Of a DNA stretch of 64,000 bases, positions 13,329 to 25,600 are shown piece by piece. The notes under the pieces were generated by a model, which did no database searches, was not told the origin of the DNA, and saw only the letters and a list, made by a program, of their open reading frames with translations. Both the position numbers and the translations under genes were made by a program. The stretch comes from Camelus ferus (taxonomy: Eukaryota): positions 85,748,001 through 85,812,000 of the forward strand of contig NC_045697.1 in NCBI RefSeq assembly GCF_009834535.1, written 5' to 3'. The stretch's first letter is position 1; each line of letters opens with the position of its first letter.

Positions 13329-16234
13329 GGTTTCCACATGCATGGAATATCTTTTGCCATCTCTTTATTTGAATCTGTCTGTGTCCTTAGAGCTGAGATA
13401 AGTCTCTTGTAGGCATTATATAGTTCGGTCTTGTTTTTTATCCATCTAGTCACTCTGTGCCTTTTCATTGTAGAATTCAATTCATTAACATAAAGTAACT
13501 TCTGGTATGAAAAAACTTATTAGTGCCACTATTAATTGTCTTCTGGATATTTTATAGTTCCTTTTTTTCTCCCTTTTTTACTGCCTTTCTTTTTAAACTG
13601 ATGGTTTTCTGCAGTGATTTGATTCCTTTCTCTTTATTTTTTGGTGTATCTATTTATTGTAAATTTTTGCTTTGTGGTTCTCAGGTTTACATAAAATATC
13701 TTATAGGTATAATAGGCTTTTAAATTCATAACAATTTAACTTTTATCACATACAAAAAATTATATTTTTTACCCCCTTATATTTTTGATGTTACCATTTA
13801 TACTTTTAAAATACTGTATTCATTAACAAATTTCTAAATTCCTTTTCTCCCTCATTTCTCCTTTTGGGACTCCAGTAACGCATACATTATTTTGATTGAG
13901 TCTGTGACTCCCATAGCTTTCTTCATTTTTTAAATGATTAATTTCTTTTTTCTTTTCTAATTATATAATTTCAGCCGATGTGTCTTTTAGCTCACTGATT
14001 CTCTTTGGTTTGTTCAAGTCTGCTGTTGAAGCTCTCTATTGATTTCTTCAATTCAGTCACTGTATTATTCAGCTCCAAAATTTTTTTTTTTTATGTTTTC
14101 TACATGTTTGTTGAGCTTCTCATTTTGTTCTTGTATTACTTTTCTCATATTAAATTGCTTATCTCTGTTTTCTTCTAGCTCTCTGAGCATCTGTAGAGCA
14201 ATTACTTTGAATCATTTGTTGGGAAATTCCTGAATCTCCATTTCTTTGGGATCAGTTGCTGGGGGTTTATTGTCTTTCCTGGTGGAGACATGTTTCCCTG
14301 ATTCTTTGTTATCCTGTACCCTAGCATAGGTATCTGCACATCTAAAGAAGCAGTTACCTCTTTTAGACTTAATTAACTAATTTCAACAAGGGAAGCTTTT
14401 CACCAGCGGATAGGGGCACACTAGCTATGTGTGCTATGACCCTGAGTCTAGTGGTGCACAGCACCAAGTGTAGGGGATGGGATGGCACTGGGTCTGAGGG
14501 TGGTTTGATGTCTGTTCAGCTCAGGCCACTGAAGTCCACAGTATTGACATCTGTGTGATCCCTGGTGAGCACTGTGAGGGGACTGTGGTAGCTGCAAGGG
14601 CTGTTGGGAATCCTCAGCAACACCTCCAGGATTAGTACCTAGGTACCAGGGCAGGCAGCGGAACGGCTTCTTATGTAGTGGCAGAGATCACTTATAGACA
14701 CATTTGTAGTGATTGAAGACAGGGCAGGTAGCAAGGGCTGGAGCCAACTCTCCTATGTGCACTCATGCTGCAGTAGAGGCCAATTTGGGGCATCAGACCA
14801 GCAGTATGGGGGTGCACAGTTTGAGGGTCTAGCCCCAAGTGTGGACATTCTGGTGGGGGTAAGGGAAGGAGGGGGTCTAGGCTGGTTTCTTGCACTCATG
14901 CTACTGGAACAGGCTGAGCTGGCTACCAGCATAGCTCCCAGGGTTTGGTGGGGGAGAGGGAGAGACTTAGCTGTCTGACATTTTAAAATCGCACAGTCAT
15001 AGAGAGCTTGGATGGCCGTCTGTGTGGGCCTGGGCTCTGGTGGGGGTGAGTAGGGTGAAGGGTTGGGTGGGGTGAAAGCAGAGAGGAATTTAGGTAAGGC
15101 TGGTGTTAGCAAACGTAAATACCTGTGGAGAAGCTGGTAAGAACTTTGTAGCTGTCTGGTGACTTTTTCCATTTCAAAAGCTGCTAGTTTGTCTGCAGGG
15201 CAGTTCTCTGTGAACCACAGTCTCTCCTGCTATGTGTTTGCTAATAATAGCCTCTGCTTTTTCTTGTTCCTGATCAGCTCTCTTTGTTGATTTGGGTGGG
15301 ATGAAACCAAAGCTGAACTTTTATGCAGTGCTGAGAGAGAAGCTAGTCACTCACCCTATTCTTCCTTTCCTGATGAGAGGAACTCTTTATAGCTGGAAGT
15401 TCCTTCTTGATACTAAATAATGGCAGTTTAGGGGATAGGGTGATACAGGCAAAATGAAGTTGTGTTTCTTCTCTTCTTGTGCGATTACTCTCGTTTTTTT
15501 GGAGTTTTTTGTTTCTTTGTTTTGTTTTGTTGTTCCATGGTGTTGCTAAAACTACCTAAGTGAAATCTCTGAGAGCTGTTTTTGTTTGTGGATAGCTGTC
15601 TAATTATTGATCTTTGTGGGGATAATGGGAATCTAGGATCTCCTACTTTGCTATTTTTTCCCAGAATGAATCAGTACTTTATTATTTTTGATGCTACTGT
15701 AAATGGGATTTTTTCTTTATTTCTCATTCAGTTATTTTGTCATTAGTGTACAGAAAAGCAACAGATTTTTTTTGTATGTTGATTTTGTATCTTGCAACTT
15801 TACTGACTTCATTTATTATAAAAGTCTTTTGGTGAAGTCTTTAGAGTTTTTCTATATATAACATAATACATAACTTGCAAACAGATACAGTTTTACTTAC
15901 TCCTTTCTGATTTGGATGCTTTTCATTTCTTTTCTTGCTTAATTGCTTTGGCTAGGACTTCTGATATTATGTTTAATACAAGTGGTGAGAGTGGGCATTC
16001 CTGTCTTGTTCCTGATCTTACAGGAGAAGCTATCAGCTTCTCACTGTTTAGTATGATGGTAGCAGTTGTCCTGTCTAAATGGCCTTTACTCAGTTACAAA
16101 GCCCTTTTAGTATCTACTTTTGTCCATGGGTGTATGCTAAATTGTTGAGGAGGAACACATGCAAAGGACATATTATTTGGCCATTTGATTACATAATTCC
16201 TTTTGATGAGGTAAAATTATTAATACCCTTTTAG

Positions 16235-16555
16235 ATAAGAAAGGGGGGAGCCTCTAAAGATCTTGATGCTAGGACACTCCCAGATAAATTAAATCAGAAT
16301 ATCTAGGGATGACAATATTGTTTCTACAGCTGTCCAGAAGATCTGAATGTGTATCTATGGGTGAGAAAAATTACACCAGCTCCTGACTACCGAAAGTGCA
16401 GTCTGAGGACCAGTGCCCTTGGCATTACTTGCGAGCTTGTTAGAAATGTTCAATCTTGCCCTACCCCAGCCCCAGATGCACTGCATTAGTCTGTGTTTTA
16501 ACAAGATTCCCCAGTGATTCACCTGCCCATTCAAGTTTGAGATGCACAGCTCTAG
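16235..16555. mobile_element. MER5-type hAT-Charlie elements (MER5A at ~16375-16553)
   Basis: gagcttgttagaaatg...ttttaacaagattccccagtgattca...aagtttgaga motif. Confidence 0.75.
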
Positions 16556-16688
16556 CAATATGTTTTCAACAGTACTTCTCAGCAATTTCTCTTAGCACAA
16601 GTAATCTCACCAAAAACCGAATCTTCTAGTGATCATTTTTTTCAGCATTTATCTGGCCAGCAACTCCCAAAAGTACTTGCTGTCCTAC

Positions 16689-16827
16689 CTCTGGCACCTT
16701 CTCAGAGTGAAACAGCCTGGTTCCCTTTATTGCTCAGCACTCCCTCTAGAGGGCACTGCCACACAGCTCTTTGGAGGACCTTGTTCAAAGACCTGTTGGA
16801 TCTTATAAAACACATAATACTATGTTT
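16689..16827 (-). pseudogene. Exon relic, distal ZP-C (module b)
   Basis: Strong acceptor ctttgctttttttgcttag|. With frameshifts it reads NIVLCVL*DPT / VFEQG / LQRA...LFHSE, resembling the ZP-C C..DP.T.VIENG.SQR and YLHCE motifs. Donor GAG|gtagga. Confidence 0.5.
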
Positions 16828-16910
16828 CTAAGCAAAAAAAGCAAAGATTTTGGTCTTTAGTTATTAAGGGTAGAGGTTTATCAGCATTCCTTGGCTCAGG
16901 GAGAACTCAC

Positions 16911-16999
16911 ATACTCCTTAGAAGGGCATCTAAGAGTTGCTAGGTGTAGCCCAACACTCCATCAGGCAGTCACTGAAGTCAGGTAACTAGGGAGAGGAC
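16911..16999 (-). pseudogene. Exon relic containing ZP-C CWATPS motif (module b)
   Basis: LPDFSDCLMECWATPSNS* (CWATPS at 16939-16956). Acceptors precede 16999 or 16986; donor TAT|gtgagt. Compare UMODL1 VVLTECWATPSSN (recalled). Confidence 0.8.
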
Positions 17000-17093
17000 C
17001 TGGCAAGACTTTACAATTTCTTTTCTCGGATAAACTCTTAAGGAATAGAAATAAATAGGTGAAAAATGTCCTAGAAATAGACCCAGACATCTT

Positions 17094-17470
17094 TGTATCA
17101 GTCAGCAAATGCTCAGGTACAATGCAGTAACAACCAACTCCAAGACCTCATTTTCTGCATAGAGAGTTTATTTGCTATTAACAAGTTTTGGTAATGGGGC
17201 TCTTCTCACCATAGTTAGTCAGGTTGCCAGGCTGACCAAGACTCCATCTCAAAATGTGCTTCACCAATTCCTGAGACAGGAAAAAGGAAATTGCATTTTC
17301 TCACACTGAAATGAAATGTTTTTGTCTGGAAGTAGTGCATGTTACTTTCATTCTCATCTCTCTGTCTTTGCCAGCTTACTGAACTAATTTAGAAGAATGA
17401 GAGGGAATGAAACCTTACTGTCTTATGTCCCTTGAAGGAGAGGAGCATCAGATATGAATGGACATATTTT
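17094..17470 (-). mobile_element. Old MLT1 (MaLR) solo LTR
   Basis: tgtatcagtcag...atgcagtaacaaccaactccaagacctca start typical of MLT1 read antisense. Confidence 0.55.
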
Positions 17471-17479
17471 TTAGTCTCC

Positions 17480-19266
17480 CAGTTTCTGTTCCTTTTGAAA
17501 CCTTTCTTACATCTGAAAAGAAATTTTGATTTTTATACTGACACCATAATAAGGCAAGAATAATAGTTTAATCCCACATCCCTTTGTCTTCCTTATTCCC
17601 TAAGTCTCATCATGTTATTTTTTATTCATTTTCCTGGTCTTGGATATTTATTTCACAAATAAATTTTATCAGGTAAAATACATTATATTCAAATATATAA
17701 AATAAATTATATACAAATATAATATGTTTTTTATTATATTCTCCCAGGATCATTTCTTATTTAAATAATTGATCAAAAACCATTTTGAATGAAAGTGTTG
17801 ATGTGGCCAAGCTGCCAATTTTTTATAGGCCTTAGAATATTTTTATTATGTTCTGACACTTGAATGACAGGCTAGATATACAATTCTAAGTTCAAATTCC
17901 TTTTCCTTTAATTCTTTGAAAAGACATTGTCTTCTTGCTTCCAGTGTTGTTAGAAATCTGATGGAAATTTGACACTTGTTCCTTTGTATGTAATCTGTTT
18001 TTTCTCTATCAACTTTTAGATTTTGTCTTTGATTTTCTTAAATTTTACTGTCATTTGTCTAAATGTGACTTTCCCTTTATCATCTTCTTTGTCACTCTAT
18101 GATCTCTTCAATCTGAGGATCTTCATCTTTTTTCTTTTAATTCTAAGAACATGTTTCTCCATTAGTTTTTCAAATATTACCTCCTCTCAATTTTTATTTC
18201 TCCCTTTTTCTAAACTTCTCACTATCCAGATATTCGTACTCACACATTAAAATAAAAATTCTTTATCTTTATCCTCTCTTTCAGGGATATTTTCTCTTAC
18301 CTGATCTTCCAATTTGTTAATTTGTTCCTCAGTCATATCCATTCTATCTAGCCCATCTATTGTGTCTTTTACTTCAAATATTACATTTTATGCATATCTA
18401 TGCTTAATTCTTTTCTGGTTTTTTGTTTTTGTTTTATATGAGTGATATATACCCTCATCTCTTCTAATAGGTTTTTTAGTCTAATTTTAAATTCTTGACC
18501 CATCTGTTTTAATATGTCTGCTTCTGATAGAATTTGAAATTTAGTATGTTATTTTTCTTTTGAAATAGTCGTGCATCTCAAAACTCTTCTTATTTTTGCC
18601 TATAAATTCATTTTCCCCTGGAGAATGGGCACCTTCATCAGGCAATGCATATTGGGAAGCCAAATGTCAGTCCTTTTCAGTGAGCTCAAAATGTGCTTGT
18701 TTGGGAATGGGGCAGATTGAATAAGCTCTAAGGCGGAGAGCCTTAACTACCAGAAAACCAAAGACAATTATGGTTCAATTCACAAAACAGTTCCTCAGTT
18801 CAAAACTTTGGCCTTTGCAGAGGAGACTAATTAGATCATATATTTTCAGCTTTGGAAGTTTGAAAAGAGGTAAATACGCCAATTTGATTAGCCTAAAGTT
18901 GTATTTCTTAGCTATTCTCAAGCATAGGGTTTCTGTAATGTCCTGATTTTACTCCCAAGAACACTAGGACCAGAGTGTGATTTGCTGCAAGTATGGAGGA
19001 AGGTACTACTGGTCCAACAGTAAAGCAGAGGGAAAGCAAGACCAGGACTTCAACAGTTCTGTTCTGTGCTTCTACCAGCCCTGCCTGACCACTTTTCACA
19101 CTACTTTCCACCAGCCTCTCCGTGACTAGTTCAGACAACACACTGGTCACCTCAAGGGCTTCCCAGTTTTCTGTTTCCTAGCATTTTCCTGCATAGGAAA
19201 TTTCCATCAGTCTTAGGGATGGGAGTGAAACAGTAATCCTGCTAATTCACCATCTTGGTTAGAATC
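17480..19266 (-). mobile_element. Ancient L1 (L1ME-like) ORF1 and 5' region
   Basis: Antisense ORF1 motifs (ttgaatgacagg...tcttcttgcttccagtgttg); 5' terminus ttcaccatcttggttagaatc. Confidence 0.65.
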
Positions 19267-19619
19267 TGACATTAAAATATATTTACATAACTATTTTAGT
19301 TTTGACATATATTTTCTTTCTATACAGAGTCCTAACTCCATATTTCTTCTTCTTAATAATAATCTGGGACAATACCAATGTAAAAATGAGTACTAAGACC
19401 ATAGCAATGTTTAGATTAAATAAGCACTTGAAATTATTAATACCAAATAACCACTATCTACATAATAATTATATTTTTCCATCAACCAGATTTGAGTCTC
19501 AATGAGCCTACATAAAAAATAACACATCAAAGGAGTCCCAGCAGAAAGAGAAGGATCATATAGAATAAGTAGATTCCATGCTAAATGAAATAGCGCTTCT
19601 GTGGGAAACAAATAAGAAC

Positions 19620-20935
19620 TTAAAATTTAAAAGTGCATTTTAAAGAATTGTGCACTTACAGTTTGAGCAGTGGAAAAATAATCATAGATTTGAATTATAA
19701 CCTAAAGAATAAAATAAATATTAATGAGGTATATTTATATAAAAATAACTGAATAAGTAAAACAGGAGAAGGCACAGATATTCTTTACAGATTTCTATTA
19801 ATACATGTGGAAGAAATGAAGGTGATGAAAAGTCATTATTAGAACACCACAGAAAATACTGCTGCAGGCAAGATCCACTGATGGATGCTAAAATTAGTGG
19901 GAGTAAATTACGGAGATACAGTATACCTACATAATTTCAAAATATACATTGCAAAGGAAAAAGTGGTAACTTCATATTAGAGAAAACTGATAGAAACCAC
20001 CATAACCAAGTGATGAAGATTAACATCATTAGTAAATAATAAGACATGTTGACAACATGAACCTCCTCATATAACACAGAAGAGTGTATCACCTCTGGTA
20101 TTTTTCCCAAGAATGCATAATATCAATTTAATCAGAAGAATATATCAAACAAATAAATCCAGATGGACATTCTACATAATAAAATTGTCTAGATCATAAA
20201 AGACAAGGAAAGATTTAACTGTCACAGATTGAAGGAAACTAAGAAGACACAACAACTAAATGTAATGTGGTATCCTGGATAAAACCTTGAATTTTTTTAA
20301 AAAGGGATATTAGTGGAAAAATTATGAAGTCCAAATAAAGTTTACAACTCAACTACTAGTGTCATATCAGTTGTTTCATGGTTGACCACAGAGGACACAA
20401 ATAACCTCCTCTCATGCAAAATTGGTTCAGATGCTGAGATCTGTAAGGATGCCACTCACACTACAAGGGTATGAAAAATTTTATCACTCACAGAGTGAGG
20501 CTTTCTAGGCAAAGCAGGGGAAGGTACTCAAGTTGGCCTAAAACGGCTTGAGCAAAGTCAGGGACAAATGGCTTTGAGTTTTGTGGTGGTCAGGATAGGA
20601 CTAGGGTGAGGATTCCCTCCCAGGGCCAGGGCTTGTGTGTGGTTCAAACTTCCTATTGTCACCAAAGGAGGGAATACACAGACTTTCTAATCAGTTCACC
20701 CAGACATGGAGCAAGAGGGAAAAGGGAACAGTGAACCTGGAAGTTTTCAGTGTCAGCATCAAAAATGGAGTCAGACATTTTATTTTCATACCAGTATTCA
20801 TTTCTTAGTGACATAATTGAACTATTATTATATAAGATACTTACATTAAGAACAGCTTGGTAAAGAATAAACAGAAACTTTCTTTACCATTTTTGTAATT
20901 CTTCTGTAAAATTATCTCAAAATGGAAAAAAAAAA
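19620..20935 (+). mobile_element. L1MC-like 3'UTR, interrupted by an LTR
   Basis: gcaggcaagatccactgatggatgctaaaattagtggg and acaactaaatgtaatgtggtatcctggat motifs; A-tail at ~20926-20935. Confidence 0.7.
20372..20789 (-). mobile_element. ERV1 solo LTR (MER31-like)
   Basis: TG...CA ends; minus strand begins tgaaaataaaatgtctgactccatttttgatg. Confidence 0.65.
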
Positions 20936-21132
20936 TTAAGCTAGTTTACTTAGAGGAACTTCTGTTTCTTCCAATATAGACCAGGTAGTTTTTAAAAAAT
21001 CTTCCACTATAAGTCCTACACACTTAAGAATTTCTAAGTTGAATAAAGCAAACACCAAGAGAGAAATGGAAAGCCCCAGGAACAGAAAAAATTATAAGTT
21101 ACAAGCTACTCCTCAGCATATACTAACCATCA

Positions 21133-21641
21133 TATATTAGTTTTCCAATGCTGCTATAATAAATTACTATAAACTTGGCAGCTTAAAACAATGTAATATA
21201 TTACCTTACAGTTCTATAGATCAGAGGTCTGACATGGTCTCACTGGGCTCAAATCAAAATGTTAGTAGGACTGTGACCCTTTCTGGAGACTCTAAGAAGG
21301 GAATCTGTTTTCTTGGTTTTTTCAGCCTCTAGAAGCCACTTGCCTTCCTTGGCTCATAGGCCCCCTTCCTCCATCTTCAAAGCCAGCAACTCTTTGACCC
21401 TCTTTCCATCATGGCATTTCTCTGACTCTCCACTCTCCTACCTGCCTCTTCTACTTTTAAGGAGGTTAAATTAAGCTCATCCAGATAATCCAAGATAATT
21501 TCCCTATTTTAAGGTGAGCTGAATAGCCACTCTAATTCTACGTGCAAATTTAATTTTAATTTGGCCATGTGTTCTCACATAGTTACAGGTACCAAGGATT
21601 AGGATGTGAACATTTTGGGGGACCATTATTCTGTTTACCAT
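21133..21641 (-). mobile_element. MLT1C/D-like MaLR solo LTR
   Basis: tattagttttcc..tgctgctataataaattac..aaacttggcagcttaaaacaa through ggggaccattattctgtttacca. Confidence 0.8.
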
Positions 21642-21649
21642 GTTTTGTT

Positions 21650-22670
21650 ACCAGGCATGAGTTTTAATGGCTGTGAGGGAAAAATAAAGTCTTTGGCCGA
21701 CACAAGGCAGGGAGTTAAGATTGATTCCTTTCATAAATCCAGGACCTTGAAGTACAAATACAGGTCTTGAAGTAGTAAAAGTGTGAGCTAAAACAATGTC
21801 TGCTCCTTGGCATATGGATTTTTTTCTATTAACTTTATATTGTGGCATACATTGAGACTAAGTCATTTTTGCCATCCAGAAGGTCTTAACAACACATTGC
21901 TCTCTTAAGGCTGCATCCTTGAAAATGATTTCCATTGTAGAAACATCAGGGACAGTATACATTCCAAGCACAGGGAAAGGGATGTGGAGCCTCTGATTAC
22001 TGGGTTCAGCTTGAAGGTCAACTAGAGGTCATGTTCTCTTGATTACCTCTCCCAACACTCATCTGAGACTTCAGTTATTAGAATTAATGGTCATGAACAA
22101 AAAGTAATAAAAATGTTTAAATGTATAAAGAAGTAAAGGAGATACTCAAAATATGATCAAGGAAATAAATCAACAAAAATGAAGATCTTTGAAAAAAGTC
22201 AAACCCCTAGGAGTTAAAAAAAAAGTTAAAATTATAATCTCAGTGAGTAAAGAGAAGATTAGGCACAGCTAAAGAATTATGAAACTGGAAACAAAATTAT
22301 TAGGCAGCTCAGAGAAGAAATGGCCTAGAAAATATTAAAGAATTTAGGAGACATTTAATTTATAGTAAGTTCTAACATCTTTATAATTGGAGTGTGATAT
22401 TAATTGTGGTGTCAGAAGGATACATTAGAGAATGTGGAAAAGACAATATTTGAAGAGATTATACCTAAGAATTATAGAAATAAAAATATAAAGATATGAA
22501 TTCATGGGATATGGAAGAAAAACAGACCATTAAAAAGATAAATGAAAGAAAATCCAAACCTAGACAAATCAGTGAAATTGAACATTAAGATAAAGAAAAA
22601 ATCATAAAGGTAACTGAAGAGCAGAAGAAATATTATCTGCAAAGAATAATATAAATATTAGCTAACACTG
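21650..22670 (+). mobile_element. Ancient L1 (L1ME-like) 5'/ORF1 fragment
   Basis: A-rich ORF1-like sequence: aagacaatatttgaagagattatacctaagaat, aaatccaaacctagacaaatcagtgaaa. Confidence 0.6.
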
Positions 22671-22671
22671 A

Positions 22672-25600
22672 CTTTTTTTTTTGGATATAATTGACATAAC
22701 ATTCTACTAGTTTCAGGTATATAACCCACTGATTGCATATTTGTATAAATTGTAAAATAATCACCACAGTAAGTCTAGTTAACATCCATCAATAGACGTA
22801 GTGCTTTTTCTTATAATTAGAACTTTTAAGATCTATTCTCTCAGCAACTTTCAAACATACAATAGAATATTATTAACTATTGAGTATTATTAGCCATAGT
22901 TACCATTCTATATATTACATTCTTGCAATATATTTATAATTACAAGTTTTTACCTTTGCTGCTTCGCCCATTTCACCCACCTCCCACCCCCACTACTGGC
23001 AACCAACAATCTGTTCTCTGTATTCATAAGCTTGGATTTGTTTTGTGTTGATTTAGATTCCATGTATATAAATGAGATCATGCAGTATCTGTCTTTCTCT
23101 GTTTGACTTGCTACACTTGGCATAATACCCTCAAGGTTCATCCATGTGGCCACAAATGCATGATTTCCTTTTTTATGGCTAAATAATATACTGTTGTAGA
23201 TGTGTGTTTACTATATATATTATACACACACCCCATTTACCTATTTATTCATCCAACAGTGGACATTCAATTTGCTTCCATATCTTGGTTAATAATACTT
23301 AAAGAACATGGGGATGCATGTATCTTTTTTGAGTTAGTGTTTTTATTTTCTTCAGATACATAACCTGAAATGGAATTGCTGAATTATATGGCAGTTTTGT
23401 TTTAATTTTTTGAGAAACCTTCATACTATTTTCCATAGCGGCTGCACCGATTTACATTCCTGCCAATGGAGCACAAACATTCCCTTTTCACCACATCTTT
23501 GCCAAAAATTCATATTTCTTGTCTTTTTGATGATAGCCATTCTAACAGGTGTGAGATAATATTTTATTATGGTTTTGATTCACATTTCTCTGATGACTAG
23601 TTATGCTGAGTATCTTTTCATGTACCTGTTGGTTATCTGTATGTCATCTTTGGAAAACTGTCTATTTAGACCCTTTGTCAACTTTTCAGTCAGATTGTTT
23701 TGGGGCTTTTTGCTGTTGAGTTCTATGAGTTCTTTATACTTTTTGGATATTTGCCCCTTATCAGACTTAAGATTTGCAAATATTTTCTCCCATTTAGTAG
23801 ATTGCCTCTTCATTTTGTTGACAGTTTCCTCTGCTGTGCAGAAGTTTTTTAGTTTGATAAAGCCCCACTTGTTTACTTTGCTTTTGTTGCCTTTGCTTTT
23901 GGTGTGAAATCCAAAAAAAAAAAAAAAAAATACTAATACTGACGCCAAGATGCTTCCTACTTATGTTTCCTTCTAGGAGTTTTATGGTTTCAGATCTTAC
24001 ATTCTTTAATCCATTTGAGTTAGTTTTGTGTATATTATAAGACAGCAGTACATTTCATTCTTTTTTTATGTGGCTGTCCAATTTTCCCAACACTATTTAT
24101 TGAAGAGGTTGTCCTTTCCCCATTGTATATTCTTAGGGTCTTTTATCATGAACTAATTGACTGTATAATATATATGCTTATTTATGGGTTCTCTAATCTG
24201 TTCCATTGAACTACACATCTGTTTTTATGCCAATACAATACACTTTGATTACTATAGTTTTGTAATGTAGTTTGAAATCAGGCAGCATGATGCATTCAGC
24301 CTTGTTCTTCTTTCTCAAGATTGCTTTGGCTATTCATGGTCCTTTGTGGTTTCACACAAATTTTAGAATATTTCTGTTCTATTAAAAATGCCATTGGAAT
24401 TTTGGTAGGGATTGCATTGAATCTGAAGATTCTTTCTGTAATATGGGTGTATAACAATACTGATTCTTCCAATCCATGAGGACGAAATATATTTCCATTT
24501 ATTTGTGTCTTCTTCAATTTATTTCATAAATGTCACGTATTTTCAGAGTATGTATCTTTCACCTCCTTGTTTAAATTTATTTCTGTGTATTTTGATGCAA
24601 TTATAAATGGATTGTTTTATTAATTTCTCATTCTAATATTTTGTTATAACACATAGAAATGCAACAGAATTTTGTATATTAACTTGTATCCTGCAACTTT
24701 ACTGAATTAATTCATTAGTTCTAACCATTTTTTTTTTGGTGGAATCTTTTAGACTTTTCTATAAGTAATACTTCATCTGCAAATAGTGACAGTTTTACTA
24801 CTTCCCTTCTGATTTAGGTGCCTTTATTTCTCTTTCTTGCCTAACTGCTCTAGTTGGGACTTCCAATGCAATGTTGAGTAAAAGTGGTGAGAATGAGTAT
24901 CCTTGCCTTGTGCCTGATCTTAGAAGAGGCTTACATAAAACAACTTATAACAGTCTGTTTTAAGTTGATGATAACTTAAATTTAAATGCATTCTAAATTT
25001 ACATTCTTAGTCCTCCCCTCCACGTTTTTTTGATGTCACAATGTAAATCTTATTTTGTGTCCCTTACAATTATTATAGTTACTTTTATTACTATTGTTTA
25101 TTAACCTTAATACAAGTTCTATAAGTGATTAACTCACCACCTTTACAACAGATTATTTTGAATTTTACTATATATTTATCATCACCAGTCAGATTTATGC
25201 TTTCATATATTTTCCTGTTACTAATCAGCACCCTTTCATTTTAGCTTAAAGAAGTCCCTTTAACCATTCTTGTACAGTTAGTTTAGTGATGATGAACTCC
25301 TTTAGTTTTGCTTGTCTGGAAAAATCTTTATCACTACTTCAATTCTGAAGGGCAGTTTTGCTGGTTAGGATATTCTTTATTTTTTATTGAAGTATAATTG
25401 ATTTAAAATATTGTGTTAGATTCCATTGTACAGCAAATTGATTCAGTTATATATATATATATATTCAGATTATTTTCAATTATAGGTTATTACAAGATAT
25501 TGCATATAGTTCCCTATGCTATATAGTAAATCCTTGTTGCTTATTTATTTTATGTATAGTATTTTATATAGTAGTAGTAGCTCCTAATTCACCCCTCTCC

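Larger units (their letters stand above)
7728..15670 (-). mobile_element. Near full-length degenerate L1 (element B) nested in A
   Basis: 3'UTR, ORF2 (RT and endonuclease fragments), ORF1 at ~13.8-14.3 kb, GC-richer 5'UTR at 14.4-15.65 kb ending gatctcctactttgctatttt; degenerate TSD. Confidence 0.85.
5782..16095 (-). mobile_element. 5'-truncated L1 (L1MA-like; outer element A), split at ~7728-15670 by a nested L1
   Basis: 3' end ttttttccagctttaataagacataattgac; ORF2 C-terminal fragments in the ORF track. ORF2 stops at cctaagtatttttattgtttt (~7729) and resumes at cagtactttattatttttgatgct (~15672). Confidence 0.85.

Noticed and set aside
16911..16986. Protein kinase subdomain XI (LMxxCWxxxPxxRP)
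   Set aside because: Spacing fits ZP LxECWATPS exactly, the RP motif is absent, and no other kinase motifs occur nearby.
19290..19600. Minus-strand FKCLFNLNIAMVL...YGVRTLY resembling a ZP-N end/linker, plus an acceptor near 19600
   Set aside because: Very AT-rich, multiple stops upstream, no clear donor, and out of order (it falls between two consecutive ZP-C exons). Probably chance.
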